Program-made: the position numbers and the translations under genes | The notes under the pieces: model-generated | The model's database searches: none | Seen by the model: the letters and a program-made list of their open reading frames with translations, nothing else | What the model was told of the DNA's origin: nothing | Part shown: piece by piece, positions 1-11,143 of the stretch | Position numbering within the stretch: position 1 is the first letter of the stretch | Layout of the letters: each line of letters starts with the position of its first letter | DNA from: Nitrosovibrio sp. Nv4 | Lineage (GTDB): Bacteria > Pseudomonadota > Gammaproteobacteria > Burkholderiales > SG8-39 | NCBI GenBank assembly: GCA_945906765.1 | Contig: CAMDRF010000003.1 | Span: forward strand, 1 to 63,972 | Direction: 5' to 3' | Length of the DNA: 63,972 nt

Positions 1-788
1 CCCTCTTCGCCTTCGCCAAGCTCCTTCTGGATCGCCTTGACCTGCTCGTTCAGGTAGTACTCCCGCTGGCTCTTCTCCATCTGGCGCTTGACGCGCCCGC
101 GGATGCGCTTTTCCACCTGCAGGATGTCGATCTCGGTCTCGAGCTGGCCGAGCAGGTGCTCGAGACGCGCCTTCACCTCGAACATCTCCAGCACCTGCTG
201 CTTCTGCTCGAGCTTGAGCGGCAGGTGCGCCGCGACCGTGTCGGCGAGGCGCCCTGCCTCATCGATGCCGGAGAGCGAAGTCAGGATCTCGGGCGGGATC
301 TTCTTGTTCAGCTTGACGTACTGGTCGAACGCGGACAGCAGCGCGCGGCGCATCGCTTCGACTTCGGGCGGCGGCGCGCCCTCCGCCGGAATCGCGCTAG
401 CCTCGGCAACCCAGTGGGTGCGCAGGTCGGTTATCGTGCCGATGCGGGCGCGGGTGCCACCCTCCACCAGCACCTTGACCGTGCCATCGGGCAATTTCAG
501 CATCTGCAGGATGCTCGAAACACAGCCGATCTCGTACATGTCCTCGGGGCCGGGTTCGTCCTTTGCCGCCGAGCGCTGGGCAACGAGCAGGATCGGCTTG
601 CCGCTCTCCATCGCCGTTTCCATCGCCTTGATCGACTTGGGGCGACCGACGAACAGCGGGATCACCATGTGGGGGAATACCACTACGTCGCGCAGGGGCA
701 GCAGCGGGTATTGGCCGCCGATTGCCTGGGCGGCCTGGGGGATGACGGCTGGGTGGTCGGCCGGGTTTTTTTCTTCTTGATCTGACAT
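1..788 (-). CDS. lon: ATP-dependent protease La (N-terminal part; runs off the window edge)
   Basis: Manual translation from ATG 788: MSDQEEKNPADHPAVIPQAAQAIGGQYPLLPLRDVVVFPHMVIPLFVGRPKSIKAM; downstream of clpX. Confidence 0.97.
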   Translation of the reverse strand, partial: MSDQEEKNPADHPAVIPQAAQAIGGQYPLLPLRDVVVFPHMVIPLFVGRPKSIKAMETAMESGKPILLVAQRSAAKDEPGPEDMYEIGCVSSILQMLKLPDGTVKVLVEGGTRARIGTITDLRTHWVAEASAIPAEGAPPPEVEAMRRALLSAFDQYVKLNKKIPPEILTSLSGIDEAGRLADTVAAHLPLKLEQKQQVLEMFEVKARLEHLLGQLETEIDILQVEKRIRGRVKRQMEKSQREYYLNEQVKAIQKELGEGEE

Positions 789-796
789 GGGAGCCT

Positions 797-2067
<1,271 letters not shown>

Positions 2068-2068
<1 letters not shown>

Positions 2069-2703
2069 CAGCCAGGTTCCCTCTTCGTCAGGACTTTGTC
2101 CACCAGACCGTACTTTACCGCGTCTTCGGAAGACAGGAAATTGTCGCGGTCGGTGTCCTTGGCGATGGTCTCCACCGTCTGCCCGCAGTGCTTGGCGAGG
2201 ATCTCGTTCAGCCGGGCGCGCAGGTAGAGGATTTCGCGGGCGTGGATTTCGATATCCGAGGCCTGTCCGGAGAAGCCGCCCATCGGCTGGTGGATCATGA
2301 CGCGCGAATTCGGCAGCGCGAAGCGCTTGCCCTTCTCGCCCGCCGCGAGCAGCAGCGCGCCCATGCTGGCCGCCTGCCCGACGCACAGCGTCGACACATC
2401 GGGCTTGATGAACTGCATGGTGTCGTAGATCGCGAGTCCGGCCGATACCGAGCCACCGGGCGAGTTGATGTAGAAGAAAATGTCCTTGTCCGGATTCTCG
2501 GACTCGAGGAACAGCAACTGCGCCACGATCAGATTGGCGGTAATCTCGTTCACCGGGCCGACGAGGAACACCACGCGTTCCTTCAGCAGGCGCGAGTAAA
2601 TGTCGTAGGCGCGTTCGCCGCGACCCGACTGCTCGATGACCATCGGGATGAGCCCCAAAGCCTGCGGCTCTTCCATGTTTGATTTCCAGGTCAGGGATTT
2701 CAT
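2068..2703 (-). CDS. clpP: Clp protease proteolytic subunit
   Basis: [43 protein letters not shown]; start 2703 (ATGA overlap with tig) or 2676. Confidence 0.98.
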
Positions 2704-4007
2704 GCGTTGCTGCCCATGAGATCGTCGAAAGCGACCGCTTTGTCCTCGACCTTGGCCTTGGACAGAACCCAGGAGACGACGTTGCTCTCGAGCGCCAAGC
2801 CTTCCATTTCGGACAAGCGCTGCGGCTGCATGTAGAACCATCTTACCACCTCGGCCGGATGCTCGTAGCTCTGCGATTCGGCCTCGATCAGCGCGCGCAC
2901 CTCGGCGGGCTTGGGCTGCAGTTTTTCGGCGCGCGCGAGCTCGCCGATGATCAGGCCGAGCGAGACGCGCCGCCTGGCACTTGCCTCGAATACCTGCGGA
3001 TCAAACGGCAGTTTCTCGATCTTCAATCCCTTCGCCTGCAGTTCGGCCGCCGCCTGCTCCACGAGATGCCGCGTTTCCATCTGCACCAGCGATTTCGGCA
3101 ACTCGAGAGGCGCCGAATCAAGCAGCACCTGCAGCGCCTGCGCCTTCAAGCGGGCTTCGACGCGCTTCTTGACCTCGCGTTCGACATTGGCACGCACTTC
3201 GACGCGCATCTGATCGAGGTTGCCGTCGGCCACGCCGAGCTGCCTGGCGAACTCCGCGTCCAGCGCGGGCAGCTTCGGCTCCTCGAGCTGTTTAACCTGG
3301 AGCGAGAAGGTCGCGGTTTTCCCGGCCACGTCCTTGCCGTGATAGTCCTCTGGAAAGGTGATGTCGAAGGTCCGGCTGTCATCGATTTTCAGGCCGAGCG
3401 CGTTCTTCTCGAACTCGGGCAGCATGCGCTTTTCTCCAAGCACGAACGCAAACGCGGCGGCCTTTGCGCCCGGGAAGGTTTCACCGCCGATCTTGCCTTC
3501 GAAATCGATCGTCATCCGGTCGCCCTCCTGCGACGCACGCGTCGCAGGAGCGTAGGTGACGCGCTGCTTGCGCAGAATCTCCAGCGTCCGGTCAACAGCG
3601 CCATCGTCCACGGTAACCTGCGGCCGCTCGATGCTCTTGCCCGAGACGTCGCCGACCTTGACCTCGGGATAGACCTCGAAGGTGGCGCTGAACTCGAACT
3701 GCGCGGCATCCGCCGCGCCGTCTTTCTTCTCGATGCGCGGCTGGCCCGCGACCCTCAGCTTGGTCTCCTTCACGACATCGGAGAATGCTTTCTGCACCGC
3801 ATCGCCGATCACCTCGGAGCGCACCTGCGGGCCGTACTGCTGCAGCACGATCTTCATCGGCACTTTGCCGGGACGGAATCCCGCCATCTTGACGTTGCGC
3901 GCGAGTTTCTTCAGGCGATCGTCCACCTGCCGATCCACATCCTGCACCGGCACCGACATCGATACTCGCCGTTCGAGCGCACCTAGTTGTTCCACGTTCA
4001 CCGCCAT
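2700..4007 (-). CDS. tig: Trigger factor
   Basis: GFRPGKVP signature, FKBP domain, tig-clpP-clpX-lon order. Confidence 0.97.
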   Translation of the reverse strand: MAVNVEQLGALERRVSMSVPVQDVDRQVDDRLKKLARNVKMAGFRPGKVPMKIVLQQYGPQVRSEVIGDAVQKAFSDVVKETKLRVAGQPRIEKKDGAADAAQFEFSATFEVYPEVKVGDVSGKSIERPQVTVDDGAVDRTLEILRKQRVTYAPATRASQEGDRMTIDFEGKIGGETFPGAKAAAFAFVLGEKRMLPEFEKNALGLKIDDSRTFDITFPEDYHGKDVAGKTATFSLQVKQLEEPKLPALDAEFARQLGVADGNLDQMRVEVRANVEREVKKRVEARLKAQALQVLLDSAPLELPKSLVQMETRHLVEQAAAELQAKGLKIEKLPFDPQVFEASARRRVSLGLIIGELARAEKLQPKPAEVRALIEAESQSYEHPAEVVRWFYMQPQRLSEMEGLALESNVVSWVLSKAKVEDKAVAFDDLMGSNA

Positions 4008-4033
4008 CCTGGTTGATTCCTCTGTTCGGAAAA

Positions 4034-4118
4034 TGGTGCGAAGGGTGGGACTCGAACCCACACGCGGTTAGGCGCCAGGACCTAAACCTGGTGCGTCTAC
4101 CAATTCCGCCACCTTCGC
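4034..4118 (-). tRNA. tRNA-Leu(TAG)
   Basis: Cloverleaf GCGAAGG...CCAGG-TT-TAG-GT-CCTGG, long variable arm, GTTCGAGT T-loop, CCA end. Confidence 0.96.
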
Positions 4119-4215
4119 AGTAGAAAAAGCCCTACGAAAAACAACGTATTATAGCTTGAAGTGCCGGTCGGTTTTTTCGACAACCTCCAGCCATCCCTCT
4201 GCTGCTTCGGCCACC

Positions 4216-5049
4216 ATGAATCCGGACGAATACTGCCGGCAAAAAGCCGTGCCAGGCGGCTCGAGCCTCTACTACTCGTTGCTGTTCCTGACGCCGGAGC
4301 GGCGCCGCGCGATTACAGCGCTGTACGCATACTGCCGCGAAATGGAAGGCGTCATCGATGAATGCTCCGATGCCCAGCTCGCGCGCACCAAGCTCGCCTG
4401 GTGGCGCCTGGAAACTGGCAAGCTGTTCGAGGGTAAGCAGAGTCATCCGGTTGCGAATGCTTTACGGCCTTTCATGGAAAAATTTCAAATAAGAGCCGAA
4501 CTTCTGAATGAAATCATCGACGGCACGGAGATGGATCTCGCGCAGACGCGCTACCTCGACTTCACCGGCCTGGCGCGCTACTGCAACCAGGTTGCCGGCG
4601 CGACAGGCCTGGTTGCGGCAGAAATCCTTGGCTGCAGGAATCCGCGCACGCTTGAGTACGCGAGGGATCTCGGCACGGCGGTCCAGCTCACCAAAATCAT
4701 CCGCGACGTCGGCGCGGATGCCCGCAGGAACCGCATCTACCTGCCGATGGACGAACTGAAGCGATTCGAGGTCCCGGCGGCGGACATCCTGCAGCTGAAG
4801 TATTCCGATAACTTCAGCAAGCTGATGGCGTTCCAGGCGCGGCGCGCCGGGGCCTTGTACGATACGGCGATGCGCTCTCTGCCGCAGGAAGACCGGCACG
4901 CGCAGCGCGCAGGCCTGATCATGGCGGCGATCCACCGCGCGACGCTAGCCGAAATCGAGCGCGAAGGCTTCCGCGTCCTCACGCACCGCATTTCGCTGAC
5001 CCCGTTGCGCAAGTTCTGGCTCGCCTGGAAGACCTGGGTGAGCAACTAA
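4216..5049 (+). CDS. HpnD-like squalene/phytoene synthase family protein with degenerate Asp-rich motifs
   Basis: MNPDEYCRQKA..GSSLYYSLLFL..RIYLP..RISLTPLRKFWLAW match HpnD; catalytic motifs altered (see findings). Confidence 0.85.
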   Translation: MNPDEYCRQKAVPGGSSLYYSLLFLTPERRRAITALYAYCREMEGVIDECSDAQLARTKLAWWRLETGKLFEGKQSHPVANALRPFMEKFQIRAELLNEIIDGTEMDLAQTRYLDFTGLARYCNQVAGATGLVAAEILGCRNPRTLEYARDLGTAVQLTKIIRDVGADARRNRIYLPMDELKRFEVPAADILQLKYSDNFSKLMAFQARRAGALYDTAMRSLPQEDRHAQRAGLIMAAIHRATLAEIEREGFRVLTHRISLTPLRKFWLAWKTWVSN

Positions 5050-5075
5050 ATATCCCTCATCATCGAGGAGTGACC

Positions 5076-5411
5076 ATGGCAGTTTCCCAGCACGACAAAG
5101 CGGTCCGGCTCCAGGTACTGCACCAAGGGCCGCGCGCCTTCGTGATCGCGAATCCCTGGGACGCCGGCTCGGCGCGCCTGCTGGCCGGGCTCGGCTTCCA
5201 GGCCCTGGCGACCTCCAGCGGCGCCTCCGCGGGCATTCTTGGCAAGCGCGACGGGAAAGTAACGCGCGACGAAGCGCTGGCGCAGTCGCGCGCCATCGTC
5301 GAAGCAACCGACCTGCCGGTATCGGCCGATCTGGAAAAAGGCTTTGGCGACAAACCCGATGCCGCCGCGGAAACGATCCGGCTCGCCGCCGGCGCCGGCT
5401 TGGTGGGCGGC
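5076..5411 (+). pseudogene. Isocitrate lyase/PEP mutase family, N-terminal fragment
   Basis: NPWDAGSARLL..ALATSS..PVSADLEKGFG; homology stops at GLVGG where xxIED is expected. Confidence 0.8.
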
Positions 5412-5541
5412 CCTGCTCTGTCAGGCGCAATCGCTCATTCAGGCCGAGCACGTGCATCTGATCCCGCGCTACGCGGGCGACGTGCCGGATCCGCGAGGCG
5501 GCATCCAGTGTGTGCTGGCGGGCAAGCGCCCGACTGCCTGA
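5407..5541 (+). pseudogene. HIT family hydrolase, C-terminal remnant
   Basis: HVHLIPRYAGDVPDPRGGI in a different frame; no N-terminus. Confidence 0.7.
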
Positions 5542-5550
5542 GCCCTGCGG

Positions 5551-6903
5551 TCAGAGATTGCGCAGCACCTGGACCGCCTGGTCCACCCGCTCCACCGCAA
5601 TCACTTCGATCCCGGCGATCTTTACTTTCGGTAAATTGGCCTTGGGCACGATCGCTTTCTCGAAGCCGAGCTTGGCGGCTTCCCTCAGACGGTCCTGGCC
5701 GCGCGGCGCGGGGCGCACTTCGCCGGCGAGTCCGATCTCGCCGAACACCACTGTTTTTGCTGCAATGGGCCTGTCTGTCAGGGAAGAAACTATTGCCAAG
5801 GTGACGGCAAGATCGGCGGCCGGTTCGCCGATGCGCACGCCGCCCACCGCATTCACGAATACATCCTGCTCGTGGGTGGCGATGCCGGCGTGGCGGTTGA
5901 GCACCGCGAGCAGCATGGCGAGGCGGTTCTGCTCCAGCCCAACCGACAGGCGGCGCGGGTTGGGTGTGTGTGCGCTATCCACCAGCGCCTGGATTTCGAC
6001 CAGCAGCGGACGCGTGCCCTCGAGGGTCGCCAGCACGCAGGAGCCGGCGACATTTTTTTCGTGATTCGACAGGAACAATGCCGACGGATTGCTGACCGCG
6101 CGCAGGCCCTTGTCGGTCATGGCGAAGACGCCGAGCTCGTTTACCGCGCCGAAACGGTTCTTCACTGCGCGCACCAGGCGGAAACTCGAGTGCGTATCGC
6201 CCTCGAAGTAGAGCACGGTGTCCACGATGTGCTCAAGCACGCGCGGGCCGGCGATCGCGCCTTCCTTGGTGACGTGGCCGATGATGAACAGCGCAGTGCC
6301 GCTTTTCTTCGCATGACGCGCGAGCTGCGCTGCGCATTCGCGCACCTGCGCCACCGAACCCGGCGCCGATTGCAGCGCCTCGGACCACAGCGTCTGGATC
6401 GAATCCACCACCGCCACTTCCGGCCGCTGCGCCTGCAGCGAGGCCACGATGCGCTCGAGCTGGATCTCGGCGATGAGGTGAACCGCACGGGCATCGAGCG
6501 CCAGGCGCCTCGCCCGCATCGCCACCTGCTCGGGCGATTCTTCACCCGAGATATAGAGGGTTTTGCTTGACCCCCCCATGGAAGAAAGAGCTTGGAGTAA
6601 AAGCGTCGATTTGCCGATGCCCGGATCGCCGCCGATCAGCACCACCTGCCCCGCCACCAGTCCGCCACCCAGGACGCGGTCCAGCTCGCCGATACCGGTG
6701 GACAGGCGTTCGAGTTCGCGCGTCTCCACGTCCTGCAGCGAAACCGCGCCCGGCGCCGCGCCCGACAGGCGCTTTACCGAGCCACGCTCGGACACCGTCT
6801 CGGTAAGCGTTGCCGCGGCGCCGCACGACGGACAGGCGCCGAACCACTGCAGCGCGGTCGCGCCGCAGTCGGTGCAGACATAGGCTGATTTTGTCTTTGC
6901 CAA
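5551..6903 (-). CDS. radA: DNA repair protein RadA/Sms
   Basis: C4 Zn finger, GGDPGIGKST, KNRFG motif; TTG start. Confidence 0.97.
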   Translation of the reverse strand: MAKTKSAYVCTDCGATALQWFGACPSCGAAATLTETVSERGSVKRLSGAAPGAVSLQDVETRELERLSTGIGELDRVLGGGLVAGQVVLIGGDPGIGKSTLLLQALSSMGGSSKTLYISGEESPEQVAMRARRLALDARAVHLIAEIQLERIVASLQAQRPEVAVVDSIQTLWSEALQSAPGSVAQVRECAAQLARHAKKSGTALFIIGHVTKEGAIAGPRVLEHIVDTVLYFEGDTHSSFRLVRAVKNRFGAVNELGVFAMTDKGLRAVSNPSALFLSNHEKNVAGSCVLATLEGTRPLLVEIQALVDSAHTPNPRRLSVGLEQNRLAMLLAVLNRHAGIATHEQDVFVNAVGGVRIGEPAADLAVTLAIVSSLTDRPIAAKTVVFGEIGLAGEVRPAPRGQDRLREAAKLGFEKAIVPKANLPKVKIAGIEVIAVERVDQAVQVLRNL

Positions 6904-6904
6904 T

Positions 6905-7975
6905 TCAGATCTCAACAACCGGCACGCGAGGCGCGAGAGCGCAAAGAAGTTCGTAGCTCACCGTGCCGGCGGCCTGGGCCACCTCGTCGCAGGGCAGGCC
7001 CTCGCCCCACAGCGTCGCCGGCGTGCCCACATAGGCCTGCTCGATGTCGCTGATGTCCACGCACAGCATGTCCATCGACACCCGGCCCACCGTGCGCGTG
7101 CGCTGTCCAGCCACCAGCACCGGCGTTCCGGAAGGGGCGTGGCGCGGATAACCGTCAGCGTAGCCGCAGGCGATCACCCCGATCGTCATCTCCTGCGCGG
7201 CCTGGTAGGCAAGGCCATAGCCGACCCGCTCGCCCTGCTCAAGGTGCTGCACGCCGATGATCTCGGAGGACAGCGTCATTGCCGGCCGCAGGCCGATCTC
7301 TGCGGCGCTCTTGAACGTGAACGGCGAGCAGCCATACAGCATGATCCCGGGGCGCACCCAGTCGGCACGGGTCTCCTCCGGAAAACGCAGCAGCGCCGCG
7401 GAGTTGGCGAGCGAGCGCGGCCCCTCGAACGACCGGGTCAGGACGCCGAACCATTGCAGCTGTCCCTGGATTCCTTCCGCGCCGTCCGCATCGGCGAAAT
7501 GGGTCATCAACGTCACCGAACCGACGCCCTTGTTCGCCCCCAACGCGATCGAGGCGAGGCGCACGTTGTCCACCGTAAAGCCAAGGCGGTTCATGCCGCT
7601 GTTGATCTTGAGGTAGACCTCCAGCGTCCCCTCGATTGCCGTCTTCTCCAGCATCTCGATCTGCGCCATGTTATGGATTACCGGCGTGAGCCGGTAGCGC
7701 GACAGCAGCGCGATGTCCTCGGGCATGAAAAATCCCTCCAGCATCAGGATCGGCTTGTCGATACCGGCATTGCGCACGCGCAGCGCGTCCACGAAGTCGA
7801 GCAGCGCGAAGCCGTCGGCCTCCCGCAAGGCCTGGGCGGCGCGCAGCAGCCCGTGCCCGTAGGCATTGGCCTTGACCACCGCCCAGATCTTCGCCGCGCC
7901 AGCATGCTGGCGCGCGATCGCAAGATTATGTGCGAGCGCTGTAGTGCTGATGGTTGCGCGAATCGGTCTGGGCAT
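6905..7975 (-). CDS. alr: Alanine racemase
   Basis: AVVKANAYGHG PLP lysine motif, GYADG, GRVSMD. Confidence 0.96.
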   Translation of the reverse strand: MPRPIRATISTTALAHNLAIARQHAGAAKIWAVVKANAYGHGLLRAAQALREADGFALLDFVDALRVRNAGIDKPILMLEGFFMPEDIALLSRYRLTPVIHNMAQIEMLEKTAIEGTLEVYLKINSGMNRLGFTVDNVRLASIALGANKGVGSVTLMTHFADADGAEGIQGQLQWFGVLTRSFEGPRSLANSAALLRFPEETRADWVRPGIMLYGCSPFTFKSAAEIGLRPAMTLSSEIIGVQHLEQGERVGYGLAYQAAQEMTIGVIACGYADGYPRHAPSGTPVLVAGQRTRTVGRVSMDMLCVDISDIEQAYVGTPATLWGEGLPCDEVAQAAGTVSYELLCALAPRVPVVEI

Positions 7976-8058
7976 GAGGCGCAGGATACGCCCCGGACGG
8001 ACAAAGGTCATCAAGGCCGGCGCAGAGCGCGGCGGGTCGTGCTATAGAATCGTGCCAC

Positions 8059-9342
8059 ATGGGATCCGGTTTCTACATCATCATGGCGGCGCAATTTTTT
8101 TCGTCGCTCGCCGACAATGCCCTGCTCGTCGCGGCGATCGCCCTGCTGGCGCAGGCCGACTCGCCCGCGTGGCTCACGCCCTACCTCAAATTCTTTTTCG
8201 TCATTTCCTACGTGGTGCTCGCGCCTTACGTCGGCGTCTTCGCCGACCGGCTGCCCAAGGGCACGGTGATGTTTATCGCGAACACCATCAAAATCGCCGG
8301 CTGCGCCCTGATGATGTTCGAGGTCAACCCGCTCGCGGCCTACGCCCTGGTCGGACTCGGGGCGGCCGCGTATTCGCCCGCCAAATACGGCATCCTCACC
8401 GAGTACCTGCCGCACTCTAAGCTGGTGATGGCCAACGGCTGGATCGAAGGACTGACGGTCACCTCCATCATCCTTGGGGTAGTTCTCGGCGGTTTGCTGA
8501 TCCGTACCGGGGTCGCGGATGTGCTGCTTGTTTTCGACCTGCCCTTCATCGACACGGGGATCGACACCCCGCCCGATGCCGCGATCGCGATAATCATCGC
8601 CGTCTACGCCATTGCGGCGTCGTTCAATCTCTACATACCGCGCACCGGCGTGGCGATGAAGCCGCTGCCGGCCCATCCGCTGGAGACCCTGCGCGAATTC
8701 ATGCGCTGCGTCGGCAGCCTTTGGCGCGACAAGCTGGGCCAGATCTCGCTTGCGGTGACAACGCTCTTCTGGGGCGCCGGCGCCACCCTGCAGTTCATCG
8801 TCATCGACTGGTCCAGCGCCGCGCTCGGCTACAACCTGTCGGACGCGTCGATCCTGCAAGGCGTATGCGCCTTCGGCATCGCGCTGGGCGCGGTGTTCGC
8901 CTCGATGCGCGTGCGCCTGGACCACGCCGTGAAGGTGATCCCGCTGGGTATCGCGATGGGCCTGATCGTGATCCTGATGAACGTGGCGCGCGACGTCTGG
9001 CTCGCGGTACCGCTGATCGTGCTGATCGGCGGCCTGGCCGGGTTCTTCGTCGTGCCCATGAACGCGCTGCTGCAGCACCGCGGCCACCACCTCGTCGGCG
9101 CCGGCCGCTCGATCGCGGTGCAGAACTTCAACGAAAACATTTCGATCCTGGTGATGATCGCGCTGTATTCGATCCTGCTCGCATCCGGCCTGTCGATCTA
9201 CTGGGTGATCGCGCTGTTCGGCCTGTTTGTCGCCGGCACCATGACGATGGTCCTGTACTGGTACCGCCATAACCGCCGCACGCATGCGCAGGAAATAGAC
9301 AAGCTGCTGGCCTTCGCGCGCGCCGAAAGCGGTCACCACTAA
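8059..9342 (+). CDS. lplT: Lysophospholipid transporter (MFS)
   Basis: AQFFSSLADNAL, YSPAKYGILTE, AVQNFNEN; synteny with alr. Confidence 0.92.
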   Translation: MGSGFYIIMAAQFFSSLADNALLVAAIALLAQADSPAWLTPYLKFFFVISYVVLAPYVGVFADRLPKGTVMFIANTIKIAGCALMMFEVNPLAAYALVGLGAAAYSPAKYGILTEYLPHSKLVMANGWIEGLTVTSIILGVVLGGLLIRTGVADVLLVFDLPFIDTGIDTPPDAAIAIIIAVYAIAASFNLYIPRTGVAMKPLPAHPLETLREFMRCVGSLWRDKLGQISLAVTTLFWGAGATLQFIVIDWSSAALGYNLSDASILQGVCAFGIALGAVFASMRVRLDHAVKVIPLGIAMGLIVILMNVARDVWLAVPLIVLIGGLAGFFVVPMNALLQHRGHHLVGAGRSIAVQNFNENISILVMIALYSILLASGLSIYWVIALFGLFVAGTMTMVLYWYRHNRRTHAQEIDKLLAFARAESGHH

Positions 9343-9986
9343 TTTTCGACGATGGTTTGTTTCGCAAAAAGCAAATCGGCCCAGGCCTTGGATTTGTCGG
9401 GCAGGTTGCGCAGCAGGTACGCCGGGTGGTAGGTAACGACCAGCGGCACCCCGGCATACTGGTGCACCTTGCCACGCAAGCTGGCGATCGTGGCGTCGCT
9501 GCCCAGCAGCGCCTGCGCCGCGAAGCGGCCCATCGCCAGGATCAATTTCGGCTGGATCAACTCGATCTGGCGCCGCAGGTGCGGCGAACACTTCGCGACC
9601 TCGTCGGGCTGCGGATTGCGGTTGCCGGGCGGCCGGCACTTCAGAACGTTGGCGATGTAGACATTTTTGCCGCGGCTGAGGGAAACCGCCGCCAGCATGT
9701 TGTCGAGCAGCTTGCCCGCCTGGCCGACGAAGGGCTCGCCGAGACGGTCTTCCTCCAAGCCCGGCGCCTCGCCCACCAGCATCCACTGCGCCTTCTGGTC
9801 GCCGACGCCGAACACCGTCTGCGAGCATCCCGCGCGCAGGGGGCAGTCGGTGCAACCAGCGACTTTTGCCTTCAGCTGCGCCCAGTCCATGCTGGAAATA
9901 GCCGGATGAATCTGTTCCGCGACCCCGCGCAATCTCCAGATCGGAGACAGCCCCATTTCCTTCAGGATCTCGCTGCGCCGGCTCAC
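9339..9986 (-). CDS. Uracil-DNA glycosylase family 4 (Fe-S)
   Basis: CxxCxL, GEAPG, KCRPPGNR, YHPAYLLR. Confidence 0.93.
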   Translation of the reverse strand: MSRRSEILKEMGLSPIWRLRGVAEQIHPAISSMDWAQLKAKVAGCTDCPLRAGCSQTVFGVGDQKAQWMLVGEAPGLEEDRLGEPFVGQAGKLLDNMLAAVSLSRGKNVYIANVLKCRPPGNRNPQPDEVAKCSPHLRRQIELIQPKLILAMGRFAAQALLGSDATIASLRGKVHQYAGVPLVVTYHPAYLLRNLPDKSKAWADLLFAKQTIVEN

Positions 9987-9990
9987 GGGA

Positions 9991-10452
9991 TCACAGTGCG
10001 AGACTCAGGACCAGCGCGTCCTCGCGCCCGGCATCGGCCGGATAGTAATCCGGGCGCAGCGCGACCTCGTGGAATCCAAAGCGGCCGTAAAGGGCCTTGG
10101 CAGCCAGATTGCTCGGCCGCACTTCGAGGAAAATATGCCCAGCGCCGCGGCCGCGTGCCAGCCGCATCGCTTCCTTCAGCAGCGCGCTGCCGTGCCCGGT
10201 GCGCTGGCGCGCGGCGGCCACCGAAAGGTTCAGCAGATGACCTTCCCCGGCGGCCACCATCAGTATGAAATAGCCCAGCAGTTCATCGCCCAGGCGCCAG
10301 GCCCAGCACTGGTGGTCCGCGCGCAACGAATCGGCGAAATTTCCACGCGTCCAGGGATGCGAGTAGATCGCGCCCTCGATCGCCATCACCTCGGAGAGGT
10401 CGCATTCCCGCATGCGCACGAGGCGCGGGGCGTCCCTGAGAACCGCGCTCAT
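9991..10452 (-). CDS. rimI: Ribosomal protein S18 alanine N-acetyltransferase
   Basis: HPWTRGNF, LEVRPSN, REDALV; follows tsaB. Confidence 0.92.
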   Translation of the reverse strand: MSAVLRDAPRLVRMRECDLSEVMAIEGAIYSHPWTRGNFADSLRADHQCWAWRLGDELLGYFILMVAAGEGHLLNLSVAAARQRTGHGSALLKEAMRLARGRGAGHIFLEVRPSNLAAKALYGRFGFHEVALRPDYYPADAGREDALVLSLAL

Positions 10453-11117
10453 CGGCAACTCCGCTCTTCGATGGTAAGGGCCACCTTGTCTCTTACGTAC
10501 ACGGGCGCCGCGAGCGCCGCGTCACCGCCCTCGCCCGCGGCAAGGCGCGAAGCGGCGAGGCGCGCGACAGCCACTGCGCTAGGGTGTATTTCAGGCATGA
10601 GGAGCGCAAATCGTTTCCTGAAGATATCCCCGTAGACGGAGAATCCGCTGCCGCAACCCGTCCAGCCGCCGCCCTCGGGTATCGGCGCCGACGCCGGCGC
10701 GATGCACTGCGCCGGGATGATTTCCCGCCAGCGAAGGCCGTCTTTTTCGATCGCCGAATAATACACTTCGTGCATGCGCGCATCGAGGCAGGCGACAACG
10801 CGCGTGGCGCCTGATTCCTCGGCCATTGCCTCCAGGGTAGAGATGCCGATGACGGGCAGGCCGCGCGCGAACGCCAATCCTTGCGCGACGCCGCAGGCGA
10901 TGCGCAATCCGGTGAACGATCCAGGTCCGGCGCCGAAAGCGACCGCATCGAGTTGCGCGATCGAGATGCCCGCCGACGCGAGGAGGCGCTCGAGCATCGG
11001 CAGCACCAGTTCGCCGTGCCGGTTGCCTGCACGCTCCTCGACCCCTACCGTTTCGCCGTCGATCCAGACTGCGACCGAGCACCACTCGGTCGAGGTTTCG
11101 AAGGCGGCGAATTTCAT
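10449..11117 (-). CDS. tsaB: t6A biosynthesis protein TsaB
   Basis: GPGSFTGLRI, LDARMHEVY, PVYVRDKVA. Confidence 0.95.
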   Translation of the reverse strand: MKFAAFETSTEWCSVAVWIDGETVGVEERAGNRHGELVLPMLERLLASAGISIAQLDAVAFGAGPGSFTGLRIACGVAQGLAFARGLPVIGISTLEAMAEESGATRVVACLDARMHEVYYSAIEKDGLRWREIIPAQCIAPASAPIPEGGGWTGCGSGFSVYGDIFRKRFALLMPEIHPSAVAVARLAASRLAAGEGGDAALAAPVYVRDKVALTIEERSCR

Positions 11118-11143
11118 GGCGCATTCTAGCTATACTCATGCCT
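11118..11143. promoter_or_regulatory. Putative bidirectional promoter with back-to-back -10 elements
   Basis: TAGAAT on minus (11123-11128) 5 nt from tsaB ATG; TATACT on plus (11131-11136) 7 nt from ATG 11144. Confidence 0.55.
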
